Source of the DNA: Patescibacteria group bacterium
GTDB taxonomy: Bacteria; Patescibacteriota; Patescibacteriia; UBA10025; JAHIVO01
Direction: 5' to 3'
Length of the DNA stretch: 55,237 nucleotides
Assembly: GCA_022560375.1 (NCBI GenBank)
Contig: JADFTK010000002.1
Span: forward strand, 1 to 55,237
Shown: piece after piece, positions 26,808-35,295 of the stretch
Layout of the letters: each line of letters opens with the position of its first letter
Position numbering within the stretch: the stretch's first letter is position 1
Program-made: the position numbers and the translations under genes
The notes under the pieces: model-generated
Told to the model about the DNA's origin: nothing
Database searches by the model: none
The model's input: only the letters and a program-made list of their open reading frames with translations

Positions 26808-29120
26808 ATGAAAATCATGGCACCATTAAAAGAGAAGTTTTTTTTAAAAACAAAAATAAATTTGTATGAAAAAATAGTATATTGGATTTTACTGGCTACA
26901 GTATTTTTATCCCCTATTTTTTTCTTATCACCCAATAGCTTTCCACTAGAATTCAACAAGGTTCTTCTGTTTAATATTCTAGTGTGGTTAGCCGCCTCCC
27001 TTTTTTTACTCAGAGGATTATTAGAACGTCGATTACGGCTGGTGCGCACTCATGTTGACTGGCTTATTTTGGCCTATGTTGTTTTTTATTTAATCTCCAC
27101 ACTTTTCTCAGATAATTACTACGCCAGTTTGGTAGGGTTAAGTGGCTACTATAGCGCCAGTTTGATATCCACTATAAGTTTTATCCTATTTTTTTATTTA
27201 TTGATAAATGTGATAAAAGATTATCGTGATATAATCCGTTTTATTGTTGTCTTTCTTACCTCGAGTTTAATTGTAGTAGGACACAGCCTCTTTCAGTATA
27301 ATGGAGTTTGGTTACTGCCCGGGGATGTGGCTAGTATTATCCAGTTCAACCTAGTCTCGGCCACGTCTGTCGGGTTGGGAGTATTTGTAGCGGTGAGTCT
27401 AGTTTTGGGAGTAGGTGTCATCCTAATAAAAAAAATCAAATTATTTTATGTGGCCGGGGGTATTTTGGTAGCCGCGGACCTAGCGTTGCTATTCTACATT
27501 AGTAATAATACTATTCTGTATATCATGGCGGCGGGCATGCTGTTATTTCTGTTTATAGCTTCTCTACAATCAAAACGTATATCCAATTGGTGGGTCATAC
27601 TGCCTACTGTTGTAATAACTATAGTCATTTTGTTTTTATTTATTGATGTAGCCTCATTATTATCTGTAGCACCTAGCGATAGTATCAGGCTAGACAATAC
27701 CACTTCAGCGGTAATCGCTTGGGAGTCATTAAAACAGTCTCCACTTTGGGGATCGGGCCCTCAGACTTTTGCCAGCGATTTTTTTTCGAATAGGCCGATA
27801 TCGTTCAATGAGTCCCCTTTATGGAATTTGAGATTTATTAAGGCTTCGAATGAGTGGTGGGGGGCATTAGCTACTTTGGGGATCGGGGCTACTCTGTCCT
27901 GGCTGGGTATAATTTTTTTATTTTTCAGAAAATATACCAGAGTAATCTTTACCGCCAAGAAAATAGATAATAGCTGGTCATTGTCAGTTATTCTATTTAT
28001 CGCCTGGGTTATCATGGTGATAAGTAGCTTGGTGCTGCCCTTTAGTTTTATTATGTATTTTTTATTTTGGTTTTTGTTGGCCTTAATTCACCAATCGGTT
28101 ACAGATAATATTAGGCATTATAATATTATCTTTGGATCTGCCAAAGGCCGATCAATTAAAATTATATCTGGATTTGGGGTGGTGATAATTATTTCCGTAC
28201 TGGTAATATTTTTTGGAATTAGAGGTTGGTTGGCTGATTACCATTTTATACAAGCTCAACGTGGAATTGCCCAGCAGGCCGATTTTGATGTTATTGAATC
28301 CTCATTAAATAAAGCCATCAAACTTAATCCATATGAAAGTAGCTATTATATTAGTTTAGCACAGGGTTATGCTACTCAGGCTCAGATAATGAATAGCCGG
28401 GATGGAGCTGGTGCTGATTTAATTCAGCAAGTTGCTCAGCAGGTAATAGACAATATCAAGCTGTCAAAAGAGGCAGATCAGAACAATCCGGTTACCTATG
28501 AACGGGAAGCCGCACTGTATGACAGTTTGAGAAATATTATTAGTAATGTGGATGAATTATCCATCACCGCCTATGCCAAGGCAGTTGCTTTAGAGCCAAC
28601 TAGCCCCCTAGCCCATCTAAATCTCGGTAGAGCCAGACTGCTTCAAGCCCAGGGTCTACTCGAACTGGAGATTGATGATAAGTCAAGGCAGGTAGCTGGG
28701 GCCTTATTGGAACAAGCGATAGGGGATTTCCGTAAGGCCAAAAGTTTAAAAAAAGATTTTGTCGTCGCGGATTTTAATATTACCCTAGCTCTCGAGCTCA
28801 AAGGCGACCTTAGTGCGGCCGCTGATTATTTAGAGGGTGTATTAAAAGGCTATCCTGATAACCCGGATATTCTGTTTAGTTTGGCTTCGCTATATTATGA
28901 CTTAGATGATTTGGATAAATCCTTAAGTTTTTATCAGCAAGTGCTTGATGCAGTTCCTGAATATACTAGTGTTTATTGGCAGCGTTCCATCATTTTCGAG
29001 GATCAAGGTGATGTAGAGTTGGCTATTGTAGAGCTGGAAAAACTGCTAGAAATTGTGCCAAATGATGCCCAAGTCTTGGAGAGACTCAATATATTAGCTG
29101 GGCAAATTTCGGAAGAATAG
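26808..29120 (+). CDS. O-antigen ligase (Wzy_C)-like polytopic membrane protein fused to C-terminal TPR repeats
   Basis: About 12 TM helices over the first 480 aa or so, then TPR-like repeats (AIKLNPYESSYY..., AVALEPTSPLAH...). Confidence 0.7.
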   Translation: MKIMAPLKEKFFLKTKINLYEKIVYWILLATVFLSPIFFLSPNSFPLEFNKVLLFNILVWLAASLFLLRGLLERRLRLVRTHVDWLILAYVVFYLISTLFSDNYYASLVGLSGYYSASLISTISFILFFYLLINVIKDYRDIIRFIVVFLTSSLIVVGHSLFQYNGVWLLPGDVASIIQFNLVSATSVGLGVFVAVSLVLGVGVILIKKIKLFYVAGGILVAADLALLFYISNNTILYIMAAGMLLFLFIASLQSKRISNWWVILPTVVITIVILFLFIDVASLLSVAPSDSIRLDNTTSAVIAWESLKQSPLWGSGPQTFASDFFSNRPISFNESPLWNLRFIKASNEWWGALATLGIGATLSWLGIIFLFFRKYTRVIFTAKKIDNSWSLSVILFIAWVIMVISSLVLPFSFIMYFLFWFLLALIHQSVTDNIRHYNIIFGSAKGRSIKIISGFGVVIIISVLVIFFGIRGWLADYHFIQAQRGIAQQADFDVIESSLNKAIKLNPYESSYYISLAQGYATQAQIMNSRDGAGADLIQQVAQQVIDNIKLSKEADQNNPVTYEREAALYDSLRNIISNVDELSITAYAKAVALEPTSPLAHLNLGRARLLQAQGLLELEIDDKSRQVAGALLEQAIGDFRKAKSLKKDFVVADFNITLALELKGDLSAAADYLEGVLKGYPDNPDILFSLASLYYDLDDLDKSLSFYQQVLDAVPEYTSVYWQRSIIFEDQGDVELAIVELEKLLEIVPNDAQVLERLNILAGQISEE

Positions 29121-29263
29121 ATTTTATTTGGGCTATTCGATGAGCCATGCCACTTCTTTTTCAACAATCCTGAGATAAACTCTTGTCTTTTATTTCCCAA
29201 CCTGCTATTATATTTAAAGTACTTTTAGATATGGTGTAAATACAATCAGACAAAGGATAAATC

Positions 29264-29866
29264 ATGGTAAATGTATATGTTGTTGTAATTGCCATGTTTG
29301 CAGTTTTGCTGGTTGTATTACTAACCAAGCTTAAAGCCGCGAGAGGGTATTCTGCTCATTCCCATACTTTTACTCTAAAAACAAAACACCGACATCATTT
29401 CATCCCTATTACCGATAAGGTAAAGGAGGTGATTGCTGAATCCGGTATTCAGGAAGGATCAGTGACAATTGTGTCACAACATACGACAGCCAGTATTTGG
29501 GTCAACGAAGATGAGAAAAATCTCATTGGACCAAATAATTTACTTGGCTACAAATCAGATCTTTCCCGCGTGCTAGACGAGTTCGCACCCCCTGGTGTAG
29601 ATTTGTACGGTCACAACGATATCCGTGACCAAAACAATCCGCAAGGGAAGAGAGACACACATTTGTGTGAACCAGATTCCTGTGGGGTGATCAATGAATG
29701 CATCAATGGGCACTCACATGCTCAAGCGATGTTGCTGAAAACGTCAGTGACCATGATTGTGGAAAAATGTTTACTGGTCAAAGGCCGTTGGCAAGAAATA
29801 ATGTTGGTCGAGCTAGATCATGATCGTGACCGCACGTTCACTGTCCTAGTCCAAGGAGTAAAATGA
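29264..29866 (+). CDS. YjbQ/UPF0047 family protein with N-terminal TM helix
   Basis: VTIVSQHTTASIWVNEDE...NGHSHAQAMLL...GRWQEIMLVELD are YjbQ signatures. The hydrophobic N-terminus is unusual for this family. Confidence 0.65.
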   Translation: MVNVYVVVIAMFAVLLVVLLTKLKAARGYSAHSHTFTLKTKHRHHFIPITDKVKEVIAESGIQEGSVTIVSQHTTASIWVNEDEKNLIGPNNLLGYKSDLSRVLDEFAPPGVDLYGHNDIRDQNNPQGKRDTHLCEPDSCGVINECINGHSHAQAMLLKTSVTMIVEKCLLVKGRWQEIMLVELDHDRDRTFTVLVQGVK

Positions 29867-29900
29867 AACACCGGCTACTAACCTAACCGGTGTTTTTTTA
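29866..29900 (+). terminator. Rho-independent terminator between convergent genes
   Basis: AAACACCGG (29866-29874) pairs with CCGGTGTTT (29887-29895), followed by a T-run. Confidence 0.7.
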
Positions 29901-30854
29901 TTTAATTTTTAGTTTAGCCCGGAGATGTTTCAGCATGTCTTCAGTCATCTTGGCTAGATCATATTCATGTTGCCAGCCCCAATCGCGCCTGGCTGGCGTG
30001 TCATCAATGGTGCGTGGCCAGGTGTCAGCAATGTTCTGTCGGCGGTCAGGCACAAATTGGCAAACGAAATCAGGAATATGTTTTTTTATTTCATCAGCAA
30101 TCTCTTTGGGTGTGAAGCTAAGTGCGGTGAAATTATAGGAAAGCCGAGTCCGAATTTTAGAATTGGGGGTTTCCATGAGATCAATCGTGCCTTTGATGGC
30201 ATCAGGCATATACATCATGGGCAACATCGTGTCCTCTCTCAGGAAGGAGGTATAGGTTTTGTGCTCCAGTGCTTGGTAAAAGATATCTATGGCATAGTCA
30301 GTGGTACCACCGCCCGGGGGAGTTACGTAGCTGATCAATCCTGGGTAACGCAAACTGCGGACATCAAGCCTATATTTATTATAATAATAATTACACAGTA
30401 GCTCACCGGATATTTTGGTAATGCCATAGATAGTATTGGGATCCATGATGGTGGCTTGGGGCGTGTTGTCACGCGGGGAGCCTAAACCAAAGGCGGCTAT
30501 CGAGCTAGGCCAGAATACTTGCTTGAGGCCTTTTTCCTTAGCTAGATCAAGTACGTGTTTCAAACTGTTAACATTTACCAGCCAGGCATTGTCAGGATTT
30601 TCTTCGCCGGCCGCAGAGAGAATGCCTACCAGGTGATAAATAGTATCAATCTGGTATTGATCAATGAGGCTTTCTAAAAAGTTTTTGTCAGTGGCATCAC
30701 CTTTTTCAAATGGCCCTGAGTCTTTGAGTTCTTTAGTTGGTTCTTTTTTATGACCCAGAGCTACCACGTTATCACCGCCATATTTCTCACGTAGGGCTAG
30801 GGTAAGCTCTGAACCAATTTGTCCGGTCGCACCGGTTACTAATATTTTTGGCAT
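29898..30854 (-). CDS. NAD-dependent epimerase/dehydratase family, L-threonine 3-dehydrogenase-like
   Basis: ILVTGATGQIGSEL Rossmann motif. The 318-aa extended-SDR architecture resembles short-chain-type TDH. Confidence 0.7.
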   Translation of the reverse strand: MPKILVTGATGQIGSELTLALREKYGGDNVVALGHKKEPTKELKDSGPFEKGDATDKNFLESLIDQYQIDTIYHLVGILSAAGEENPDNAWLVNVNSLKHVLDLAKEKGLKQVFWPSSIAAFGLGSPRDNTPQATIMDPNTIYGITKISGELLCNYYYNKYRLDVRSLRYPGLISYVTPPGGGTTDYAIDIFYQALEHKTYTSFLREDTMLPMMYMPDAIKGTIDLMETPNSKIRTRLSYNFTALSFTPKEIADEIKKHIPDFVCQFVPDRRQNIADTWPRTIDDTPARRDWGWQHEYDLAKMTEDMLKHLRAKLKIK

Positions 30855-31128
30855 AATTTGTGTAAAAATGGTTGTAATTTAGTATAGGATAAAATTAATA
30901 ATTGAGCAACTATTGACTTTTGTGCTATACTAGAATAAACTCTTTAGAAATATAGAACCTTAACAAAAAAATAAAAAATTACTATAACCCTGCATATAAA
31001 ATACCTTGGATTGGAGGGATGATGTCAGGCATGTATATATGCCTAAAGGTCTGTAGCTAGCAGATGGTAGTACCCAAACCGCCGTACAGGAAGTATGGCT
31101 AAATTCTCATTATGCATAGGAGAATCAA

Positions 31129-32046
31129 ATGAAACAGAAGAAATTCATTCTTCTATCCGTTATGCTAGCGACACTGAGCGTTTTTGTATTCAGTGGAGTG
31201 ATGGCAAACACGGATGTCAATTTGGCTGATTTATCGCCGCCAACGTCTCAGATCAATGACGTAGCCGTGGCGAAAGTAAGTTGCGCCGTAGTGACCAAGC
31301 TGGTTAACGACGCGACAGCAGTAAGCTCGATGAATACCTGGGCAACAGTCGGTACACCGATGAAGATGAAGTCGGCTGCCGGCAAGATAAACGCGGAAAC
31401 AGCGAAAGAAGTCCTGGTCTATAGCCAGACAGAAGTACGGAGGTCAGCGCCATTCTCGGACGTTACCAAGGTCGCAGGACAGGACGAAACTTCGCTTAAT
31501 AGCAATGGTACAACGTACACTACCAATTCCGGCGCGCAGGATCGCGCTAGTCCAAACATCAATAATTGTAACGTATTGATTACTCGACTGGCCAACCAAA
31601 ACGCCTCTATGACCGCGACGGCACACACTATGATCGCCGACGCAGTCACCGCATATTTGAAGACAGAGAAGCTGACAATGCAGACCGATAAGGTGCCGAT
31701 CGCTGAATTTCAGCAGATCAACATCGGTATGAATTCATCAAACGTAGCCAGTTTTTTAGAGAATTCTCGTTTAGCCGAAGACAGTGGAGTGTGGCAAGTT
31801 AACGCCGGTTTCAACGTGACTCAGCACCAATTTGTCGAAGCATATTCTGAAGGCCGTTCTCCTACCATCAGGAGCAAGAATGGTCTGAACGAACTCTACG
31901 CATTCGGCGGTATCTATTTTTCCCATCCGCCGACTATCGATTTTTTAAACGGCGGATGTTTACATGGCGGTTCCAGTTCACCTTTAATAGCAGTGACCGG
32001 CCAGCATGACTATCCGAATCCGTTCAACTTTAATTTCAACGCCTGA
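31129..32046 (+). CDS. Secreted hypothetical protein, compositionally atypical, C-terminal YPNPFN motif
   Basis: Signal peptide (MKQKKFILLSVMLATLSVFVFSGVMA). AGGAG SD. Visibly more GC-rich codons than its neighbours. Ends ...HDYPNPFNFNFNA. Confidence 0.6.
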   Translation: MKQKKFILLSVMLATLSVFVFSGVMANTDVNLADLSPPTSQINDVAVAKVSCAVVTKLVNDATAVSSMNTWATVGTPMKMKSAAGKINAETAKEVLVYSQTEVRRSAPFSDVTKVAGQDETSLNSNGTTYTTNSGAQDRASPNINNCNVLITRLANQNASMTATAHTMIADAVTAYLKTEKLTMQTDKVPIAEFQQINIGMNSSNVASFLENSRLAEDSGVWQVNAGFNVTQHQFVEAYSEGRSPTIRSKNGLNELYAFGGIYFSHPPTIDFLNGGCLHGGSSSPLIAVTGQHDYPNPFNFNFNA

Positions 32047-32073
32047 ACTGATCGGATATGATTTAGTACTTTA

Positions 32074-32112
32074 ATCCGGATACACACTAAGTGTGTATCC
32101 GGATCTTTTTTT
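32074..32112 (+). terminator. Strong rho-independent terminator
   Basis: Perfect 14-bp stem: ATCCGGATACACAC, loop TAA, GTGTGTATCCGGAT. Followed by T7. Confidence 0.85.
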
Positions 32113-32325
32113 ATACAGATTAAAATATTATTGATGAAGGTTAACCGTCCTGTTATTGTTTAGTCAAGTTATTTAAAAAATTCTTCGATTTTACGTGAAC
32201 AGCAATATCCGAATCCCTTTGCCTGATCGCTAGTTCACATCTAGTTGGTTCTATCAACACATGATACTCCCTGGCACAAGTCCAATGTGTCAGAGATTTT
32301 TTTAAATTAATTTACTAAGTATTTA

Positions 32326-34761
32326 TTATCGCTCTTCGATATAATGCTGTAGAAGTACTCTGCCAAGACCAAAGTTTTCTAGTAGTTGGGTTTCTTGCTC
32401 CTCACTAAATGTGAAATATGTATTATATAATTCAGTTTGATATATTAATAGTTGTTCTAGGTTATCAAAGGGATTAAAAATAGTATAGTATTCTAAGTCA
32501 GAAAATTCTAAAATGGGGCGGTCATCAGTATGCAGCTGGACATCCTGCACCAGCTTTGCCACGTCGCGTTCACCGAGCAAGAGGGTGGCAGCCAACTCAA
32601 ATTCATTGTTGATGCCAATGGTACGGAGGTCCTCGGCCACCGGTTCAGTCATTTTAGATGCCAGTTCATCGATATTAATGTGTAGTTTATCTGGCGTACC
32701 TATGAGAATTAAAAACCCCGTTGGTTCTCGGTTGAAAAACCAAATAGTGGTATGGGGGTATACTGATTGAAAACTTGCCGTCAGAATTTGCAAGTCGTTG
32801 AATGATAGCCCACCTAGCGGTACCCACGCTGCTGCTATACCTTTATTAGTCAGTTTATTTCTCATAATTTCAAAGTAATCCGTCGTGTATAGGTTGGGGT
32901 TACTTTTGTATTTGAGATTGGTTACGTCAGTGACGATAATATCGAATTGCCGGTCAACGTTGTTTAGGTAGTTTCGAGCGTCATCAATAATAATGCTTAA
33001 CGAAGGGTTTGTTTCAGCATAGTGGTTTAGTTCTATAAATTCTCTACTCGCGTCGATTACTCTCTCTTCAATTTCTAGTGCCACCACCTCAACCTCGTGC
33101 AGTAGCATACTGTAGCTTGTCCCACCGGATCCGTAGCCAACGGTAACGGCGTTACTTGCTTCACTAGCTAGGAAGAGAGGAAGGTGGGCTAGCATTTTAG
33201 CGTCTATAATGCCTGTTGGATGAGTGCTGGCTACTCCTTGACTGTCGACGTATAAAATTTTGTATGCTGATTCACCCTCTCCGACGCTCTGTACCGTTAC
33301 CGTAGCTGACACGCCCTCAGCATAATAGAGTTCCTGTTGGTCGTCAGCGATGCGATGGTATGTATTGCTGCTAGCATTGATTAGGAATACTAACAAGATT
33401 ACCGAGATAATGAGCGCCGCCGCCGGCACTAATCTCTTTTGTATTTTTTTAATAATCAGGAAAGCGGCAATCATTAAGTTGAGTGATATTAGGATTGTTG
33501 CTGTTACTTTGATGCCCAGCAGCGGAATAAGGAAAAAACCAGTAGCTAAACTGCCAAATACGGCGCCCAGGGTGTTGATAAAATATGCCACCCCAATTTT
33601 TTTACCGATTTCGTTTTTGTTTCCGACATACAACCGCACACCAAGCGGGAAGAGTATTCCCATAAATATTGATATAATTACCGAAAAGATGAAGCCGAGC
33701 CACGATTCAGTTATTAATTGCTGGTATGTCCCCGTTACATTTGAATAAAAGAAATGCAGTCTACTTAGTATATACAGTATCAGTCCTCCAACTATCGCGA
33801 TTGATATTGAATACAGGGCGAAGTGGCGTAGTAATTTTTTTATTTTATCAATAAATTGAGCAATAAAGAGTCCACCTGATGTAAAACCGATTAGGAAGCC
33901 ACCAAGGATTAAAGTGAAAGAGAAGGTCGTTGCTGAACCAAAGTTGGTTAAGACACGCACCCAAAGTAGTTCGTACCCCAAGGTAATGAATCCAGTCAGG
34001 AATAATATGGGTAGCATGATTCGCATTTTATTCGCTCCCTCATCGTCTCGCTTTGAGTTATTAACGTTGTAAATTAATATTTGGTCATTTACTTTTCTTT
34101 TCGCAAATATTATAATAATAAGAAAAATTATTACATTAGTGAGAGCCGCCACAAAAAATGTTTTAGTTACCCCTAAGTATTGCACTAATACAAATCCGGT
34201 CATCATCGTGCCGACGAACGCTCCCAGCGTATTGATGAGGTAAATAGAACTGAACTGCGACCCTAGTTTTTGGTTGCTTTTTAAAAGATATTTTGCTACC
34301 AGCGGGATGGTGCCACCAATACCGATGGAGGGGATGATGAGAATAATTACTGTGATCAAAAACCGTACCGCAGACAGCAAGTACAGATTGAGATTATTGT
34401 AGCTGTAAAAAAATATCAAATCAAAAATACTGGTATACTGAATTATAATGAATGACAGAATAGAAAAAACCGCAATGCCTAATTCTATATAGGCATACAT
34501 CTTCAAAGTGTTTTTTGTTTTTTCAGCCAGTTTCCCGAAGATAATACTACCAATGCCGATACCAAGTAGAAAGACGGAGACAACAGTTGCAACAGCGAAG
34601 CCACTTACTCCAAAAATTATATTAAGCATTCGAAACCATATCAGCTCGTAGATAAGCGCCGCAGCGCCAGAAAGGAATATCAGTGAGTACATCACCTTCG
34701 CATGTATTATCCAATCTCTAATGGAACTTTTTTTTTGTTCTGAGCTGGTGACTTCTCCCAT
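32326..34761 (-). CDS. Fused polytopic membrane domain / spermidine synthase-like (aminopropyltransferase) protein
   Basis: About 14 TM helices, then a class-I methyltransferase-like VGYGSGGTS...VVALEIE...IIVTDV region typical of spermidine synthase fusions. Confidence 0.7.
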   Translation of the reverse strand: MGEVTSSEQKKSSIRDWIIHAKVMYSLIFLSGAAALIYELIWFRMLNIIFGVSGFAVATVVSVFLLGIGIGSIIFGKLAEKTKNTLKMYAYIELGIAVFSILSFIIIQYTSIFDLIFFYSYNNLNLYLLSAVRFLITVIILIIPSIGIGGTIPLVAKYLLKSNQKLGSQFSSIYLINTLGAFVGTMMTGFVLVQYLGVTKTFFVAALTNVIIFLIIIIFAKRKVNDQILIYNVNNSKRDDEGANKMRIMLPILFLTGFITLGYELLWVRVLTNFGSATTFSFTLILGGFLIGFTSGGLFIAQFIDKIKKLLRHFALYSISIAIVGGLILYILSRLHFFYSNVTGTYQQLITESWLGFIFSVIISIFMGILFPLGVRLYVGNKNEIGKKIGVAYFINTLGAVFGSLATGFFLIPLLGIKVTATILISLNLMIAAFLIIKKIQKRLVPAAALIISVILLVFLINASSNTYHRIADDQQELYYAEGVSATVTVQSVGEGESAYKILYVDSQGVASTHPTGIIDAKMLAHLPLFLASEASNAVTVGYGSGGTSYSMLLHEVEVVALEIEERVIDASREFIELNHYAETNPSLSIIIDDARNYLNNVDRQFDIIVTDVTNLKYKSNPNLYTTDYFEIMRNKLTNKGIAAAWVPLGGLSFNDLQILTASFQSVYPHTTIWFFNREPTGFLILIGTPDKLHINIDELASKMTEPVAEDLRTIGINNEFELAATLLLGERDVAKLVQDVQLHTDDRPILEFSDLEYYTIFNPFDNLEQLLIYQTELYNTYFTFSEEQETQLLENFGLGRVLLQHYIEER

Positions 34762-34788
34762 ATATTTTTTTAGAGATAAATTTTATAT

Positions 34789-35295
34789 TTATTTCTCTAA
34801 TGTTTTCTGAAATTGGCACTTCTTACTGGAGCATTTAATAGTCCCTGGGACGCTACCGTGCACAAGAAGGTTCTGGCAGTTCGGGCACTTATCTCCAGTT
34901 GGCTTGGACCACAGAGCGAATTTACATTGAGGATATTTATTGCAGGAGTAAAAAATTTTCCCCGCGCGGCTGTGCTTTTCTACGATGTCACCTTGATGGC
35001 ATTGGGTACAAGTTGCCCCAGTTTTAATCTCAATATTTTTTATATACCGACAATCAGGATAGCCGGTGCAGCCGAAGAATGGGCCAAAGCGGCCTCTTTT
35101 GGCTTGGAGTGGTTGGCCGCACTCAGGACACTTTTCTTTGGTGGTGGCCGGCATATCCGGTCCACCTGTCTCGTTGACCTGCTTGGTATTACGACAATCA
35201 GGATAGCCGGTGCAGGCCAGAAATTTGCCAAAACGTCCTTCTTTGATGGCCATGTCCTGGCCGCATTTATCACATTTTACGTTGGATTCATCCAT
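34789..35295 (-). CDS. Stand-alone topoisomerase-type C4 zinc-finger protein (4 repeats)
   Basis: Four CxxC...GRFGxF..C..YP.C modules. Its ATG overlaps the topA TAA stop (TAATG). Confidence 0.7.
   Translation of the reverse strand: MDESNVKCDKCGQDMAIKEGRFGKFLACTGYPDCRNTKQVNETGGPDMPATTKEKCPECGQPLQAKRGRFGPFFGCTGYPDCRYIKNIEIKTGATCTQCHQGDIVEKHSRAGKIFYSCNKYPQCKFALWSKPTGDKCPNCQNLLVHGSVPGTIKCSSKKCQFQKTLEK

Noticed and set aside
31018-31060. 13-codon ORF MMSGMYICLKVCS following GGAGGG in the leader of the 31129 gene
   Set aside because: The SD-like sequence abuts the ATG directly, with no usable spacing. The stretch is better explained as the AGGCAT...ATGCCT leader hairpin.
32113-32325. Hairpins (GTGAAC/GTTCAC; CTGGCACA/TGTGTCAG followed by T-run) and tiny ORFs in the spacer after the atypical gene
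   Set aside because: There is no promoter-like element or SD, and the ORFs are 8-14 codons. The evidence is insufficient to call an sRNA or gene.
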